Of a stretch of 49,017 nucleotides of DNA, positions 1-11,367 are shown piece after piece. Origin of the DNA: Barthelona sp. PAP020 (lineage: Eukaryota); the NCBI GenBank assembly GCA_040182905.1, contig JARQWU010000046.1:1-49017 (forward strand), given 5' to 3'. The notes under the pieces are model-generated. The model saw only the letters and a program-made list of their open reading frames with translations, searched no databases and had not been told where the DNA came from. The position numbers and the translations under genes were made by a program. Each line of letters opens with the position of its first letter. Within the stretch, counting starts at the first letter, position 1.

Positions 1-795
1 TTAGATCCTCCAAATTTATCATTTCTCTTTTTATATCAATATTTATCCCTCAAATCAGGCATTATTTTAATTTAGTTGTTGGCAAAATGAAATTTGATAA
101 TTGATTGACTGGTTTGTGGAGAACTCTTTACAATATAATTTAATTCTTTTTTGAGATTTCCTTTTTCGAATTGATGCAGCGAATTAAGCTTTTGATATTG
201 ATTTAAACATTGTGAAAATGTTGCACAATTATGAAAGTTTGTCATAATGATGTTTGTTCGAATATTTTACAAAAGACATTGTTCCAATTTGTTTTTACCG
301 ATTTGTTGATATAGTGATGGTATTGACATATTTATGCTCACAAAATACACAAATTGAACTTGCAACTGTGCGATGTATATCCATCAAATGTTCTTTTTTT
401 CTTGAATCGAAGAAACCTTTTTCACTTCTTCAATGAGCCTCTTATGTTGTTAATGTGATAACCTTCAATTTAAATAAATAAAGACAACATTATTTATTAT
501 TGTTTTTTGTTCTTGTTGTGTTGGACTCCAACAATCGGTATCGTAACTTTAGGAAAAGATAAAAGTGGTATGATACTTTGCTCCAGTAGTGACATAAACT
601 TATTTACAGTGAAAAGAAACCGAAAGAGTCATTTTAGTGAATTTCGGAAAAACTCAGGGTGTGAGACCCAGACTGAAATTCTGTTGTGTGGTCTACGTGC
701 ATCTTTGGGAAAGAACTTCTTGTCCTTGTTTCCTTTTTGGATTTGGCAAAAGCAAAATTTTAAAGTTCTGACTTTGCTTTTTCGAAAATTAAAAA
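1..795 (-). repeat. Ankyrin-unit copy A: conserved upstream region only (its gene would start just left of the window)
   Basis: Aligns by eye to ~2003-2800 (direct, offset ~2.0 kb) and to the reverse complement of ~47180-47965; 58-nt block 151-208 is identical in all three copies. Confidence 0.9.
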
Positions 796-1093
796 TTGAA
801 GAGATTAATAAAGAAATATTAGTTTTGATCTCTCTGAAAGGGATTTGAAGCACATCACCTTTGTTGTTAAATAGCACGACGAAAATGTCATGATGAACTC
901 TTTAACAACTGTAACACAATATAATGATGCAAATGCTTCTTTGTTTTTCAAAAATTTTTGTCCACAAAGGTATTTTCAATCTTTTAGACATTGAATCTGA
1001 GTTTCAAAAAAAGTATAAACTATAATTTATATGTGAAGAAAAAATATTTACAAACATAAATGGAATAAACATGTAACCACAAAAAAGACCTTT

Positions 1094-1981
1094 TTAATCA
1101 TCATTGTCATCACTGTCATCTTCCATCTCTTTATCAATATACTGACGCATATTACCACCATTCCTTTCATTAATGTCAATCAAATCCCAACATAAGTTGA
1201 TTGACATATCAAAATCTCTTTGATTCATGAAAACTCCAGCACTGACAAATTCTCGAATGATGCCACTGTTTACATTCATTGCAACAAGTGTTGATAACAA
1301 ATAGCCCTTATCCTTCACCAATTCAATCAACTCGGATTTGGACAAATGGTCAAATTTCAAATCAACAGGCTCGCCACTCTCCAATTGTTGTTTTAAATTG
1401 GGACAGCTCAAAATGCTGTATTGGTTTTTTTCCCATTGTTCATCACAAGTGTACAATCTGTTGAAAAATAACAGCATATCTTCACCATATATGTTTATTT
1501 CGGGACAATCTAGAAGCATCTTGGCAACATCAAGATGACCTGTCCAACAACTGATGAACAATGAAGAAGCACCTTCATTCATACACAAATTAATATCTGC
1601 CCCATAATCCAAGAGCATTTTGGCAACATCAAGATGACCTGTTTCACAACTGATGTACAATGGAGAAGCACCGTCATTCATACTCAAATGAACATCAGCG
1701 CCAAAATCCAACAAAAACTCAACAACTTCAATTTGCCCATTAAAAGCAGCTCCCCAAAGCGATGTCCTTCCTTCCTTGCCTTGTTTGTTCACATCAACGC
1801 CAGCTTTGATACACTGCTTAACAACCTCCTCAAGATTACCCCTACATGCCGCAAAATATATCTTCTTTGGTCGACCATTATCTTCAAATCCATCCACATC
1901 GAACCCATCTGGAACAACCATTCGATCCATATTATACTTAACATAAGGGTCAGTTTCCTCAACTGAAATGTTAAAAATCAT
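1094..1981 (-). CDS. Ankyrin-repeat protein, variable-module family (copy B; 2 internal modules)
   Basis: ANK motifs GRTSLWGAAFNGQIEVVEFLL, GASPLYISCETGHLDVAKMLL, GASSLFISCWTGHLDVAKMLL; first in-frame ATG at 1981 just after a T14 tract (ORF track uses TTG at 1990); paralog of 47989-49017. Confidence 0.92.
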   Translation of the reverse strand: MIFNISVEETDPYVKYNMDRMVVPDGFDVDGFEDNGRPKKIYFAACRGNLEEVVKQCIKAGVDVNKQGKEGRTSLWGAAFNGQIEVVEFLLDFGADVHLSMNDGASPLYISCETGHLDVAKMLLDYGADINLCMNEGASSLFISCWTGHLDVAKMLLDCPEINIYGEDMLLFFNRLYTCDEQWEKNQYSILSCPNLKQQLESGEPVDLKFDHLSKSELIELVKDKGYLLSTLVAMNVNSGIIREFVSAGVFMNQRDFDMSINLCWDLIDINERNGGNMRQYIDKEMEDDSDDNDD

Positions 1982-2904
1982 TGTAGGCAAAAAAAAAAAA
2001 AATTCGAACCTCTAAAAATTTATCATTTCTCTTTGGATATTCAATATTTATCCCTCAAATCAGGCATTATTTTAATTTAGTTGTTGGCAAAATGAAATTC
2101 GATGATTAATTGACTGGTTTGTGGAGAACTCTTCAGAATATAATTTTATTCTTTCTTGAGATTTCCTTTTTCGAATTGATGCAGCGAATTAAGCTTTTGA
2201 TATTGATTTAAACTTTGTGAAAATGTCCCACAATTATGAAAGTTTGTCATAATTCTTTTTGTTCGAATATTTTTTACAAGACATTGTTCCAATTTATTTT
2301 TTCAGATTTGTTGATGTAATGATGGTATTAACATATTTTTACTCACGAAATTCACAAATTGAACTTGCAACTGTGCGATATTTATCCATCAAATTTTCTC
2401 TTGTTTCTTAAATCGAAGAAACTTTTTTTACTTCTTCATGAGAGTCTCCAACGTTGGTATTGTGTAACAACCTTCAAATTAAATAAATAAAAGCAACATC
2501 ATTTGTAATTGTTTTTTGTTCTTGTTGGGTTGGACTCCAACAATCGGCATGTTAACAAAAAGAAAAGATAAAAAAGCCTTGATATTTGGTCTAGTAGTGA
2601 CACAACCTTATTTACAGAGAAAGAAAACCTAAAGAGGCATCAAAGTGAATTTGGGAAAAATTGAGGGTGTGAGATCCAGACTGAAAGAAAGAATATTGTA
2701 TGAATTTAGATTGTGTCTTTGGGACAGAATTCCTGATCCTGCTTTTTGAATTTTTGCAAAAGCAAAATTTCTAAGTTTAAACTTTACCTTTGAAAATCAA
2801 AAGTCCTTCAACAGATCAATCGGATCTCGAAAGCCATTAATCAAATAAACACTATTCTTTTTTGTTCACTCATACACTGAGTGCTTCTTGACTTGGAAAT
2901 AATT
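1094..2904 (-). repeat. Ankyrin-unit copy B: gene plus ~0.9-kb upstream region
   Basis: Homology to copy C (inverted) runs from inside the CDS out to ...gtgcttcttgacttggaaataatt at 2904. Confidence 0.9.
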
Positions 2905-3212
2905 TTTTGAATATTCAAAAGAAAAATTTAGATTTCTTCATGAAATTTGCTTGATGATTTAAAAAATACACCCAACTACACTTCTTTGTTATTAATCCTT
3001 TCAATACTCACCTTGTATTCTTTTTATCAATCCAGACCTCTAACCTATCCTGTAGCCAAATCTTTTACTTCAACAATTGATCCATTTATATTAACCAAAT
3101 TATTACGATTAAAAGTCTCAAATGCAACAATTATACCACAAAAATGTTATAAATAAATAAATAAAGACGATATATTTACCAAAAAATAGAAGAAACAAAA
3201 AGATGACCAAGT

Positions 3213-3734
3213 TTAATCCCATTCTAATTCACTTGGCAAAATATCTCTCCCCAGAGGTTTCATTCTCTCTTGAGTTGAATCATGACATGTTGATTTTCGC
3301 ATATCAAACGCATCTTCCTTCGTATCGTTATAATAATTAAGTACTTTACGGTAGACTACATAACCTAATTTTTTATAGAAATCAATGGCTTGAACATTTG
3401 AAGTCTTAACAAACAAATCAACAAAATAACCTTTGTTCTTTTCAGTAGCATTTTCAATATATTTCATCAATTTTGAAGCAACACCCAATCTTCGATATTC
3501 AGGAGCAACTGTAACAGCTGACACATGACCATGATATAGTTCATCATCACCTTCAATTTTTCCAATCAAATACCCCATAATTTCTCCAGAATCAGATAAA
3601 CAAGTCCATGAAAAATCGGGCCATCGTGAAAAATAATAATTATAGAATGAAAGCGAATACGTTTCTGTAAATGGATCAAAATTAACTTTGTTAAATCGAA
3701 AAAAATCTTCCGTTTGAAATGGTCGAATCAACAT
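3213..3734 (-). CDS. NAA20: N-terminal acetyltransferase NatB catalytic subunit
   Basis: 173 aa; NFDPFTETY, GYLIGKIEG, HGHVSAVTVAPEYRRLGVA, FVDLFVKTSN, EDAFDMRK match NAA20/Nat3. Confidence 0.93.
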   Translation of the reverse strand: MLIRPFQTEDFFRFNKVNFDPFTETYSLSFYNYYFSRWPDFSWTCLSDSGEIMGYLIGKIEGDDELYHGHVSAVTVAPEYRRLGVASKLMKYIENATEKNKGYFVDLFVKTSNVQAIDFYKKLGYVVYRKVLNYYNDTKEDAFDMRKSTCHDSTQERMKPLGRDILPSELEWD

Positions 3735-3978
3735 AATAAATTAATTAAAAAAAAATTTATTTCAAAGACAATTAATTCAATAGATAATTAATCTCTAAGT
3801 TTCTTTTTTGGTTCAAAAGATATAATAGAAGAAATTTTTGTGGTTTTGAAGTTTATGAAATTTTTTTCAGTTTCCTTATCTTGATCCTGAATTCAAAATA
3901 ATGTTAAACCTTTTTACGACAATATAATATTGATTAACCAATAGTATCTTAAAAATAAAAAAGAAAGCTATTGGCAAT

Positions 3979-5034
3979 TTATCCTTTTCCTCGATTTCCT
4001 CTTTTTTTAAAGGGATTATCATTTGATGGTGATTTTATTAGTGTTTTGTCTGTGTGATTGTTAGTTTCTTCAGAAGATTTATCTTTCTTTTTATTCTTTT
4101 TTGAAGGGGTTGATTTAACAGGATTTTTCACTTGACAAAATAACTTTTTTTCTATATCTTCAGTAATTGTGTTATTTTTACTTGATAAAGACAGTGGTTT
4201 TTGAATTTCTTTTGTTGGTATTTGTGGTTTCAATTTTGGAGTTTGCAAATCGCTTTGATCAACATCAGTGTTTCTTTTTGACTTTTTAGGTGTGCTTTGA
4301 CGCTTTTTATCCGTTTTATTTGATTTCTTTGTGGAAAAAGCAACATCATCAATGATGTTTTTTTTTTTCAGAGTTTCGATCACATGATGACAATTATAGT
4401 ACTTAGAGGCATTTAAATTGTTTAAATTTATGTATTTTATGCTTTTGATTTCTCCAACTGTTTGTGGTTTCATTTCTTTGACAGGCAAATCAGCTACACA
4501 CAAGAAAAAATGACAGGGAGTTCCTTTTCTATCAATAGTTTCAACAAACTTAAACCTGTCCAAATAATTGCGAATATCAAAAGACGTTTCTTCATAAAAC
4601 TCACGAATGGCACATTCAAAAAGCTCTTCATCCTTTCCAATTTTGCCTCTAGGCACTTCAAATTGTCCATTATTAAAATTAGAAACCAACAATATGGATT
4701 GATGGTCTGATGAAAGAACAATAACACCAGCTCTAGGAACCGCCTTATTGTATCTACGAAATTCAGCATACTTGTTTTTTAGTATGTCTTTTTCGAAAAT
4801 ATTGTTTAAAGGAGCAAAATTATCGAAAAAGGTAGTCATAAATGCTTTTTCATTGTATTGAAGAATTTTTTCATTTGATTTCAATACATCTATATACCAC
4901 CAAAATGCCTTTTGAAATGAATACATGAATCTTAAATCCAAATCATTTTCATCTCTCCAAAAACAATCTGCGTGAGGTACATTGTAAATAAATCGTAAAG
5001 CTACATCATCAATTTCTTCTTGAGTAAGTTTCAT
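3979..5034 (-). CDS. DCP2: mRNA decapping enzyme catalytic subunit (Nudix)
   Basis: Box A-like DDVALRFIYNVP...AFWWYID; YNKAVPRAGVI; Nudix box PRGKIGKDE...CAIREFYEET; basic disordered tail; first ATG 5034. Confidence 0.88.
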   Translation of the reverse strand: MKLTQEEIDDVALRFIYNVPHADCFWRDENDLDLRFMYSFQKAFWWYIDVLKSNEKILQYNEKAFMTTFFDNFAPLNNIFEKDILKNKYAEFRRYNKAVPRAGVIVLSSDHQSILLVSNFNNGQFEVPRGKIGKDEELFECAIREFYEETSFDIRNYLDRFKFVETIDRKGTPCHFFLCVADLPVKEMKPQTVGEIKSIKYINLNNLNASKYYNCHHVIETLKKKNIIDDVAFSTKKSNKTDKKRQSTPKKSKRNTDVDQSDLQTPKLKPQIPTKEIQKPLSLSSKNNTITEDIEKKLFCQVKNPVKSTPSKKNKKKDKSSEETNNHTDKTLIKSPSNDNPFKKRGNRGKG

Positions 5035-5361
5035 TTTTTCAATCAATTATCAATAATGTTGGATATTTGTGGAAAAAAAAATAATTATTTTTAATTGATT
5101 TGCATTTTTAAATTCTACTTAAAATCATCAAATATAGCAAACTAACGTTATTATAGGTATGTTTGATAAATATAAAGTTTTGAATATGCTCAATCAGCAA
5201 GATATTCAATGCTCTCCCTTCCTTCAAAATGGTCTATAATTTCTATTTTTGCTATTGCTTTCTAAATAGTTGTATTATTATTCTTGATTTAAAAATGATT
5301 TGTCATCATCAAAACAAGAATTGGTGATTTTCATTTTTTTTTCAATTTATCATTCATCAAC

Positions 5362-6300
5362 ATGCGATTGGATTTCGGAAATTCCAAATTAGGGTCGAAA
5401 AGTAGCACACTTTCGAAGAAATCGAGCAGTAATTATTTGGAATCAAATCAATCAACTTTGATCAATCTTGAGAGTATTCGAACTTTACCTCCTGCTGACA
5501 TTGTAATCATATTAAATCAAGCGTTTGGTGATTCAAAAGGAGGTAAACCAGGTGTTTTTAATTCTGTTTTTTTTAATTCAAAGGTTGAATCAAAACCAAG
5601 TGGTTCAATATTAAGTAAAAGTTCAACAACCTCATCCAGTAAATTGTTTAGTGGAAGTAAGAGGACTTCATTAACATCTTCAACCAAATCAACATCTTTG
5701 TCTTCTCAAGAAAGTGTTGTTAAGGCTGCTGGTTTATGGGACGATGCTGTAAAGAATAATCCTGATTCTTCCAGATATTCTCCACATATATTAAGTAATG
5801 TTGCAGATGTAAAAGTTCGAGGAGAGGATGTTCAAAAGAAAAATGAAGAACAAATTGAAAAATGCAACACTTTACTTACACAAATATCGGAACTGAGTGC
5901 AAAATTGCAAAATGAAGTGAAATTACGTCTCAAAGATGATGGAAAATCAATTAGTAACAGTGGTCATCGTCTAAGTGAGCTTATTGCCAGAATAGAAACT
6001 TTAAAATATCAAGGTGTTCCTTTGACGACTTCTGAATTGACGTTTAAAAATTCGATTGACAAAAGTGTTGATTTTGTGATGGGTCCAAATGGAATTAATG
6101 CACAATTAGATCATTTAAGTGGATTGATTGATGTTGGTTATGGTTCATCTGATGTGGATATCTCGTTGAACAATGCAGAAACAAATATTGACACTCTTGA
6201 AAAAATTTTGTGTGCTCAACAAGATGGAATTGAGAGATTGGCTAAAATGATGCGAGAAGAAACAGTCATATGCCAACAAATAGTGCAAGATTTGACTTGA
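5362..6300 (+). CDS. NUP54: Nucleoporin Nup54/Nup57-like coiled-coil protein
   Basis: LWDDAVKNNPDSSRYSPHILSNVADVKVR resembles the Nup54 alpha-beta motif (W..A...NPD....P......dl..R); C-terminal LCAQQDGIERL coiled coil. Confidence 0.65.
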   Translation: MRLDFGNSKLGSKSSTLSKKSSSNYLESNQSTLINLESIRTLPPADIVIILNQAFGDSKGGKPGVFNSVFFNSKVESKPSGSILSKSSTTSSSKLFSGSKRTSLTSSTKSTSLSSQESVVKAAGLWDDAVKNNPDSSRYSPHILSNVADVKVRGEDVQKKNEEQIEKCNTLLTQISELSAKLQNEVKLRLKDDGKSISNSGHRLSELIARIETLKYQGVPLTTSELTFKNSIDKSVDFVMGPNGINAQLDHLSGLIDVGYGSSDVDISLNNAETNIDTLEKILCAQQDGIERLAKMMREETVICQQIVQDLT

Positions 6301-6602
6301 ACTTGAAAATATGCACGTAAATTAATAGTTGATTTTTTTTCTTTTTGCATCTTTCAAATGTTTATGAAGTGATTGATTTGATGCTAGGAATGATTTTTAT
6401 TAAAAAATAACAACGAAAAAGAGATAAAGAACCATCCACCAAATTAAAAATTTTAAATCTCAAGAAGTTTTGATAACTAAATTTAGATTGCCCAAAAAAC
6501 AAGATTGATCTTTGTAAATTTAAAAAAAAAAATACTTTTCTTTTTACAAAACATTAATAACTCCAAACGAGGGGTCACGAAAAAAAAGTTCAAAAATAGA
6601 AA

Positions 6603-7724
6603 CTACAATTCAACAAATTCCTTCCATTCAATCAAATCAACATCATTTTGCAAATGATTCCAACGATTCCCAATGTCTTTCATTGTCTTTCGTTTAAGGT
6701 TGAATTTAAAGGCAATATCAAACAAAGCATCCTTCGAATAGTTGTCAAAAATATGGTGTTGTAAATAATTAATGATTTCATGGCTGTATTTGTATTTCAG
6801 TAAGGTTTCTTTGTTATCAATAATTGTACTCAATGCTACTCTAATTAGAACTTTGTTACCTTCCATAAAAAAACTGTCTATCAATCTTAAAACGCAATCG
6901 AATGGCAAATCATATATAAACATGGTGGAAAACCATCTGGTTGTGATTATACCATTAAAAATTTCAAGATCAATTGTGTGATTAATAAAATGATTTCTTA
7001 TCTCAGGAGCATACTTTTCTAACAAACCAAACAGGATGTAGGTAAACTTTCGAGTCAATGGCATTCCTGTTGAATAAAATCCAGCTAATTTATATGGTTT
7101 GCTATACAAAATTTCTAAGGACGCATAAAAGGTTTCAACTTCAGGCAAATGTAGCAAAATGGTCCCAACAATAAACCCCATTCCCTGACAATAAGATACA
7201 TCAGTTGAATGAGCAGCTAAAGCCAATAAAACCCTTTTTAAACTACCTAACAGATTGTTTGATCGATCCGAAAACAAGTGGTTATGTGGAAATGTTCTAC
7301 GCAAGTCTTCTTGAATTACAGAAACAATATCCGCAGATAAATCTTTGGTCAATAGTTCACTATAAAATTCAATTTGAGAAGATGTGAGCTGATCGACATT
7401 TAGTAGTTTTGACCACACCAAACCTCTTAAACAATTTGGAATTCCTTTTCTAATCAATATTTTCAACTGTTTGTTTTTAGAAGAGCTTATATGAGGATAT
7501 ACACCATTGAAGTATTCATGCCATAAAGGAATAATATTATACCATTGTGTTAATTTGTTTTTTTCAACCTCTCTAAATTCATTTACATTATTTAAAGGGT
7601 CATTAGGATCAGTGAAAAAGCCAAAATAGTCACTTCTCCTATCAGACGAAAAATTGGATAGATATTCATCCGTCGACAAAATTGGACTCGGTGGTACTGT
7701 TATATCACTAAGATATTCATACAT
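6603..7724 (-). CDS. TBC-domain Rab GTPase-activating protein
   Basis: IRKGIPNCLRGLVW, IQEDLRRTF (Arg finger), YCQGM (Gln finger), WFSTMF. Confidence 0.93.
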   Translation of the reverse strand: MYEYLSDITVPPSPILSTDEYLSNFSSDRRSDYFGFFTDPNDPLNNVNEFREVEKNKLTQWYNIIPLWHEYFNGVYPHISSSKNKQLKILIRKGIPNCLRGLVWSKLLNVDQLTSSQIEFYSELLTKDLSADIVSVIQEDLRRTFPHNHLFSDRSNNLLGSLKRVLLALAAHSTDVSYCQGMGFIVGTILLHLPEVETFYASLEILYSKPYKLAGFYSTGMPLTRKFTYILFGLLEKYAPEIRNHFINHTIDLEIFNGIITTRWFSTMFIYDLPFDCVLRLIDSFFMEGNKVLIRVALSTIIDNKETLLKYKYSHEIINYLQHHIFDNYSKDALFDIAFKFNLKRKTMKDIGNRWNHLQNDVDLIEWKEFVEL

Positions 7725-7831
7725 TTAAAAATTAAGCAGTCATAAATGAGAAACAATGAGAAAAAAAATTTAATATTTGGGAAACATTTTTGATCATTTT
7801 ATAAATAAAAAAAACTTCATTCAGAACATAA

Positions 7832-8965
7832 TTATTTATAAACATATATTTTGTGTTCGGATGTCATTAAAGGAGCTTCAGTTATAGGACGTTTAAATTT
7901 ATTTTTGTAAGTCACAATCAGTGGTTCTTTTTTTTTTGTAAAAATTTCAGAAATATCACTAGATAAACGAACTTCATCATCTATTTTGTCCTTTTCTCGT
8001 TTTATCAAGGCATTAATCGATTTCTTTGAGTGCATAAATCTAAAGGCATGTCTGATGGAGTTTTCATTTTCTTCAATAAGCTTCTGTTTGTATTGATCCA
8101 ATGAATCTTTAATGTTTTCATCTTCTTTATTCTCTTTGATGTTTGATCTGGGTTTCTTTAAGAGGTTAAGTTCATTATGCTTTTTATCTTTCGTTGATCC
8201 ATGATTCCTATCAAGTTCTTTTGTCTTTGGTGTGGTTATATTTCTTTTATTTGAACATAGGTCTTCTACAACTGGTATATCACTATCATCTGAAGAATTT
8301 TCAGCATAAACACCTTCATTAAAGTCTTGATCAAAAACAGCACTGGGTTTTACTGGATCAATTAAACCTAACTCAGTAAGTTCTCTGTCTATTTCATCAT
8401 CAATTTGTTCATCCAAATTCTCATTCAGTTCAAAGGTTCTTTCATCTAAAGAATCAACAAATGACAATATGTCATCTTCAGTATCTTTATTCTCTTTTTT
8501 ATGAAAAGTTGGATGATATTTGACTTTTGAATTGGATTTATTTTTCAAATGTTGTCTCCTTTTTCTTTGTTTTGCAAAAAATGATTTTAACAAATCTTTC
8601 TTTTGAGTTTCTTCCAAAATCTTATAATCTTTTTCTTTTTGGTGTTTCTCCGATAAATCTGATAAATATTTTCTATGTTTGTTAAAAATACTGCTTTCCC
8701 TACTTTTTTGCCGTTCATCATTAAGGTATTTGGAAGCATATTCCATTCTTTCATCTTCCTGTCTTCTAGATGCAACAGATACAGTATTATAAAAAGTTCT
8801 AGTAGTTGTACAAAAGGGTTTGGATCCAGTAGATCCAGAAGAAACTGGTCTATTTGTGTTGTGTGAAATTGACTGAACGGAATTTGAAATTTTCGTTTGA
8901 GAAATTTGATTAGGTCGTTGTGATAATGTCAAATTCTTTCCAAATGCATATTGAGTAGCCAACAT
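7832..8965 (-). CDS. Hypothetical charged coiled-coil protein
   Basis: Long K/E-rich ORF; likely ATG 8965 follows a T10 tract (ORF track extends to 9046); no family recognised. Confidence 0.7.
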   Translation of the reverse strand: MLATQYAFGKNLTLSQRPNQISQTKISNSVQSISHNTNRPVSSGSTGSKPFCTTTRTFYNTVSVASRRQEDERMEYASKYLNDERQKSRESSIFNKHRKYLSDLSEKHQKEKDYKILEETQKKDLLKSFFAKQRKRRQHLKNKSNSKVKYHPTFHKKENKDTEDDILSFVDSLDERTFELNENLDEQIDDEIDRELTELGLIDPVKPSAVFDQDFNEGVYAENSSDDSDIPVVEDLCSNKRNITTPKTKELDRNHGSTKDKKHNELNLLKKPRSNIKENKEDENIKDSLDQYKQKLIEENENSIRHAFRFMHSKKSINALIKREKDKIDDEVRLSSDISEIFTKKKEPLIVTYKNKFKRPITEAPLMTSEHKIYVYK

Positions 8966-9200
8966 TATAATAAAATGCAAATGGTTTAAAAAAAAAACTT
9001 GACTCAACGGGGGTATCTTCTTTTTATTTACCATAATTGCCAACAATTCTTCTTTTTTATAGTTTTAAATATATCAAATAAATCATTGAAAGAAAAAATA
9101 TACTGTTATTTAATTTATTAAAAAATAAAAGTCAATTTTGGCAAATGTGTAAATTCCCATTGTAAAGGAAAAAATGAAGAAAATTTTCAAATATATAAAT

Positions 9201-10952
9201 CTACTTGTCTTCAACAACTGATATGATGTTAAAAAGACTTTGCTTTGAATGTGAATCATTTTTATGATTATTGGAAGGGTTGTTTATTTCTTGTAACATT
9301 CTCTTTGCTATTAATTTTTGTTGTGTAACGTTGCTTTCCTTCTTTTTACTTTCAACTACCTTTCTATTCTTATCTGTCAGTTCAATTTCAACATTTGTTG
9401 GATCAGTATTGATTTCTTTATTAGCATCTTTGAAAACATCTTGTTCGACATCTAATTCATCAAATGATAAAATTGGCTCTCTTTTTTTTGCCTCCAAAAT
9501 CTGTCTATCATTATACCATTCTTCCAAAACAATGGTCGGATCGGTTTTATCAACCAAACTAATATGCCAATCAATAACCATTGCAGAGCTGCGATTGTAT
9601 GAATCTTGCGAAAAAATCTTCTTTGCAAAAGAATGAGGAGAAGAAACTAGTTCTTGTTTCGCGTGAATATCAGCATTGTTATCTAATAACATCGCTGTAA
9701 ATTCGTCAAAATCAAATTTAATACAATAATGTAATAAAGTAATTGGAGAAGGATGAATTATTGGAAAAGAAAATGTTCCATTTGTTGGAAGACCCATTTC
9801 CAGTAGCAATTCAAACATTTGTTTGTTATTTTGCTTCAAGGCAATTACCAAGGGTAGTATACTTAGATTTGCCCCAGAAAGACGTATTTTTGATAATCTT
9901 TCTACAAACTTCAGATTTTCCGTTAAACATGCCACTGTTAAGACGTCCAAAGGAAAATTACTGTGAATATTTTGAGATGAAAAATTATTCCATAGTTTTG
10001 AATCTACTAGTGGCTCATCAATTTTAAAATTGGTGGTTAATGGCAACAATTTGAAAAAAACATCGTCATATCCTAATTCAAGGGCAAAATGAATGGGTAA
10101 CACTTTACTATCAGAGTGATATGTATTGGGATCGCATCCTTTTAACAATAAAAAATCCACAATCTCAGGGTAATACACAACAGCCCAACAAAGAGGTGTT
10201 GTGCCACAAACATTCAACAAAGGATAGGCACTGCAAGAGTTTATTTCCATTTTAAGATTTAAGTCAAGTAGTTGCTCAACAGTATCACGGCTGCTTCGGG
10301 AATACATAGCATCGTGTAGACAAGTTTGCCCTAGAAAAGTATGAGTAAAATCAAATTGGGTGAGGTTACTAAAAAGCTGGAAACCATGTCTTATATTGAC
10401 GTTTATAACAGAACCGAATTTTAAAAGATCTTCGAAATCAACAATGACTTGTTTTTCAATTAAAAAATCTTTCAAAGTCTTTTTGGATTTCTGATACTCA
10501 CTAAACAAAAAGAGGTCGTTCTTATACTTATTTGATGTGCTTAACGATATAAGATCATAATCATTGAGGGTATTTAGAACATTAATATCATCAACATAAT
10601 TGCTTATTTTTAAAAATAAACTGTAATCGCATGCACAATTTATTAACATTTTGGAAGTAATAAGTGGATTATTTAGCAAATATTCATCAATTTTGTCATA
10701 ATCAATCATATGAGAAGAATTTCTTTTTTTCATAACAAAAATCTTTTGTAAATACTGATCAAAAGATATATTATAGTGTTTTTCGGTTTTACTATCATTA
10801 TTTTGACTATTGTGACTGATACTATTGACATCTTTATCAAAAGTATCCATAAAAGGAATATTGTTGTCAATATCCAGTTCAACCAAAGAAATTTCCTCCA
10901 TCAATTTCTCATCTTTGGTACTATCAAGGGAAATTATCGGTATATCAGCCAT
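9201..10952 (-). CDS. Ankyrin-repeat protein (divergent repeats, unrelated to the terminal family)
   Basis: GQTCLHDAM, GTTPLCWAV, VLPIHFAL, ITLLHYCI motifs; 583 aa. Confidence 0.85.
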   Translation of the reverse strand: MADIPIISLDSTKDEKLMEEISLVELDIDNNIPFMDTFDKDVNSISHNSQNNDSKTEKHYNISFDQYLQKIFVMKKRNSSHMIDYDKIDEYLLNNPLITSKMLINCACDYSLFLKISNYVDDINVLNTLNDYDLISLSTSNKYKNDLFLFSEYQKSKKTLKDFLIEKQVIVDFEDLLKFGSVINVNIRHGFQLFSNLTQFDFTHTFLGQTCLHDAMYSRSSRDTVEQLLDLNLKMEINSCSAYPLLNVCGTTPLCWAVVYYPEIVDFLLLKGCDPNTYHSDSKVLPIHFALELGYDDVFFKLLPLTTNFKIDEPLVDSKLWNNFSSQNIHSNFPLDVLTVACLTENLKFVERLSKIRLSGANLSILPLVIALKQNNKQMFELLLEMGLPTNGTFSFPIIHPSPITLLHYCIKFDFDEFTAMLLDNNADIHAKQELVSSPHSFAKKIFSQDSYNRSSAMVIDWHISLVDKTDPTIVLEEWYNDRQILEAKKREPILSFDELDVEQDVFKDANKEINTDPTNVEIELTDKNRKVVESKKKESNVTQQKLIAKRMLQEINNPSNNHKNDSHSKQSLFNIISVVEDK

Positions 10953-11367
10953 AAAAACATTAATTCACAAAAAAAAAGAATCGGGTTGATAATACGTTTA
11001 TTAGTCTATTTCATGTCTTTTGGATTGCTTCATATCAGTTATTATTTCATAGAGATTCATGAATATCTTTTTAATTAAAATACTAATTTCATTTTAGAAA
11101 GTTGTTGTCATATTGAAGATTCCCCTTTCTTTTTTAAAAAATTTCTATTAATTTTTTGAAAATACAAGTTTTACAAGGCTTCAACCTTCAAATGAAGAAA
11201 TTTGACCAGATGTTTTAATAGTGATTTCTTTTAATGAAAGTTTGTATAATTTTACTAAATAATCAATAAACAGACAAAATGGTGAAGTTTTATGCATAAA
11301 AAAAAATTGAAAATCTGGAGCAATTTTTTTTTTCAAATTATTTGTTAATATTTTTCCATAATGCAGA

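Noticed and set aside
254..877. ORFs 254-436, 507-848 and 629-877, plus counterparts 47070-47387, 47354-47548 and 47682-47900, as genes
   Set aside because: They lie in the repeated upstream region; frames and stops are not conserved among the three copies, and most start at non-ATG codons.
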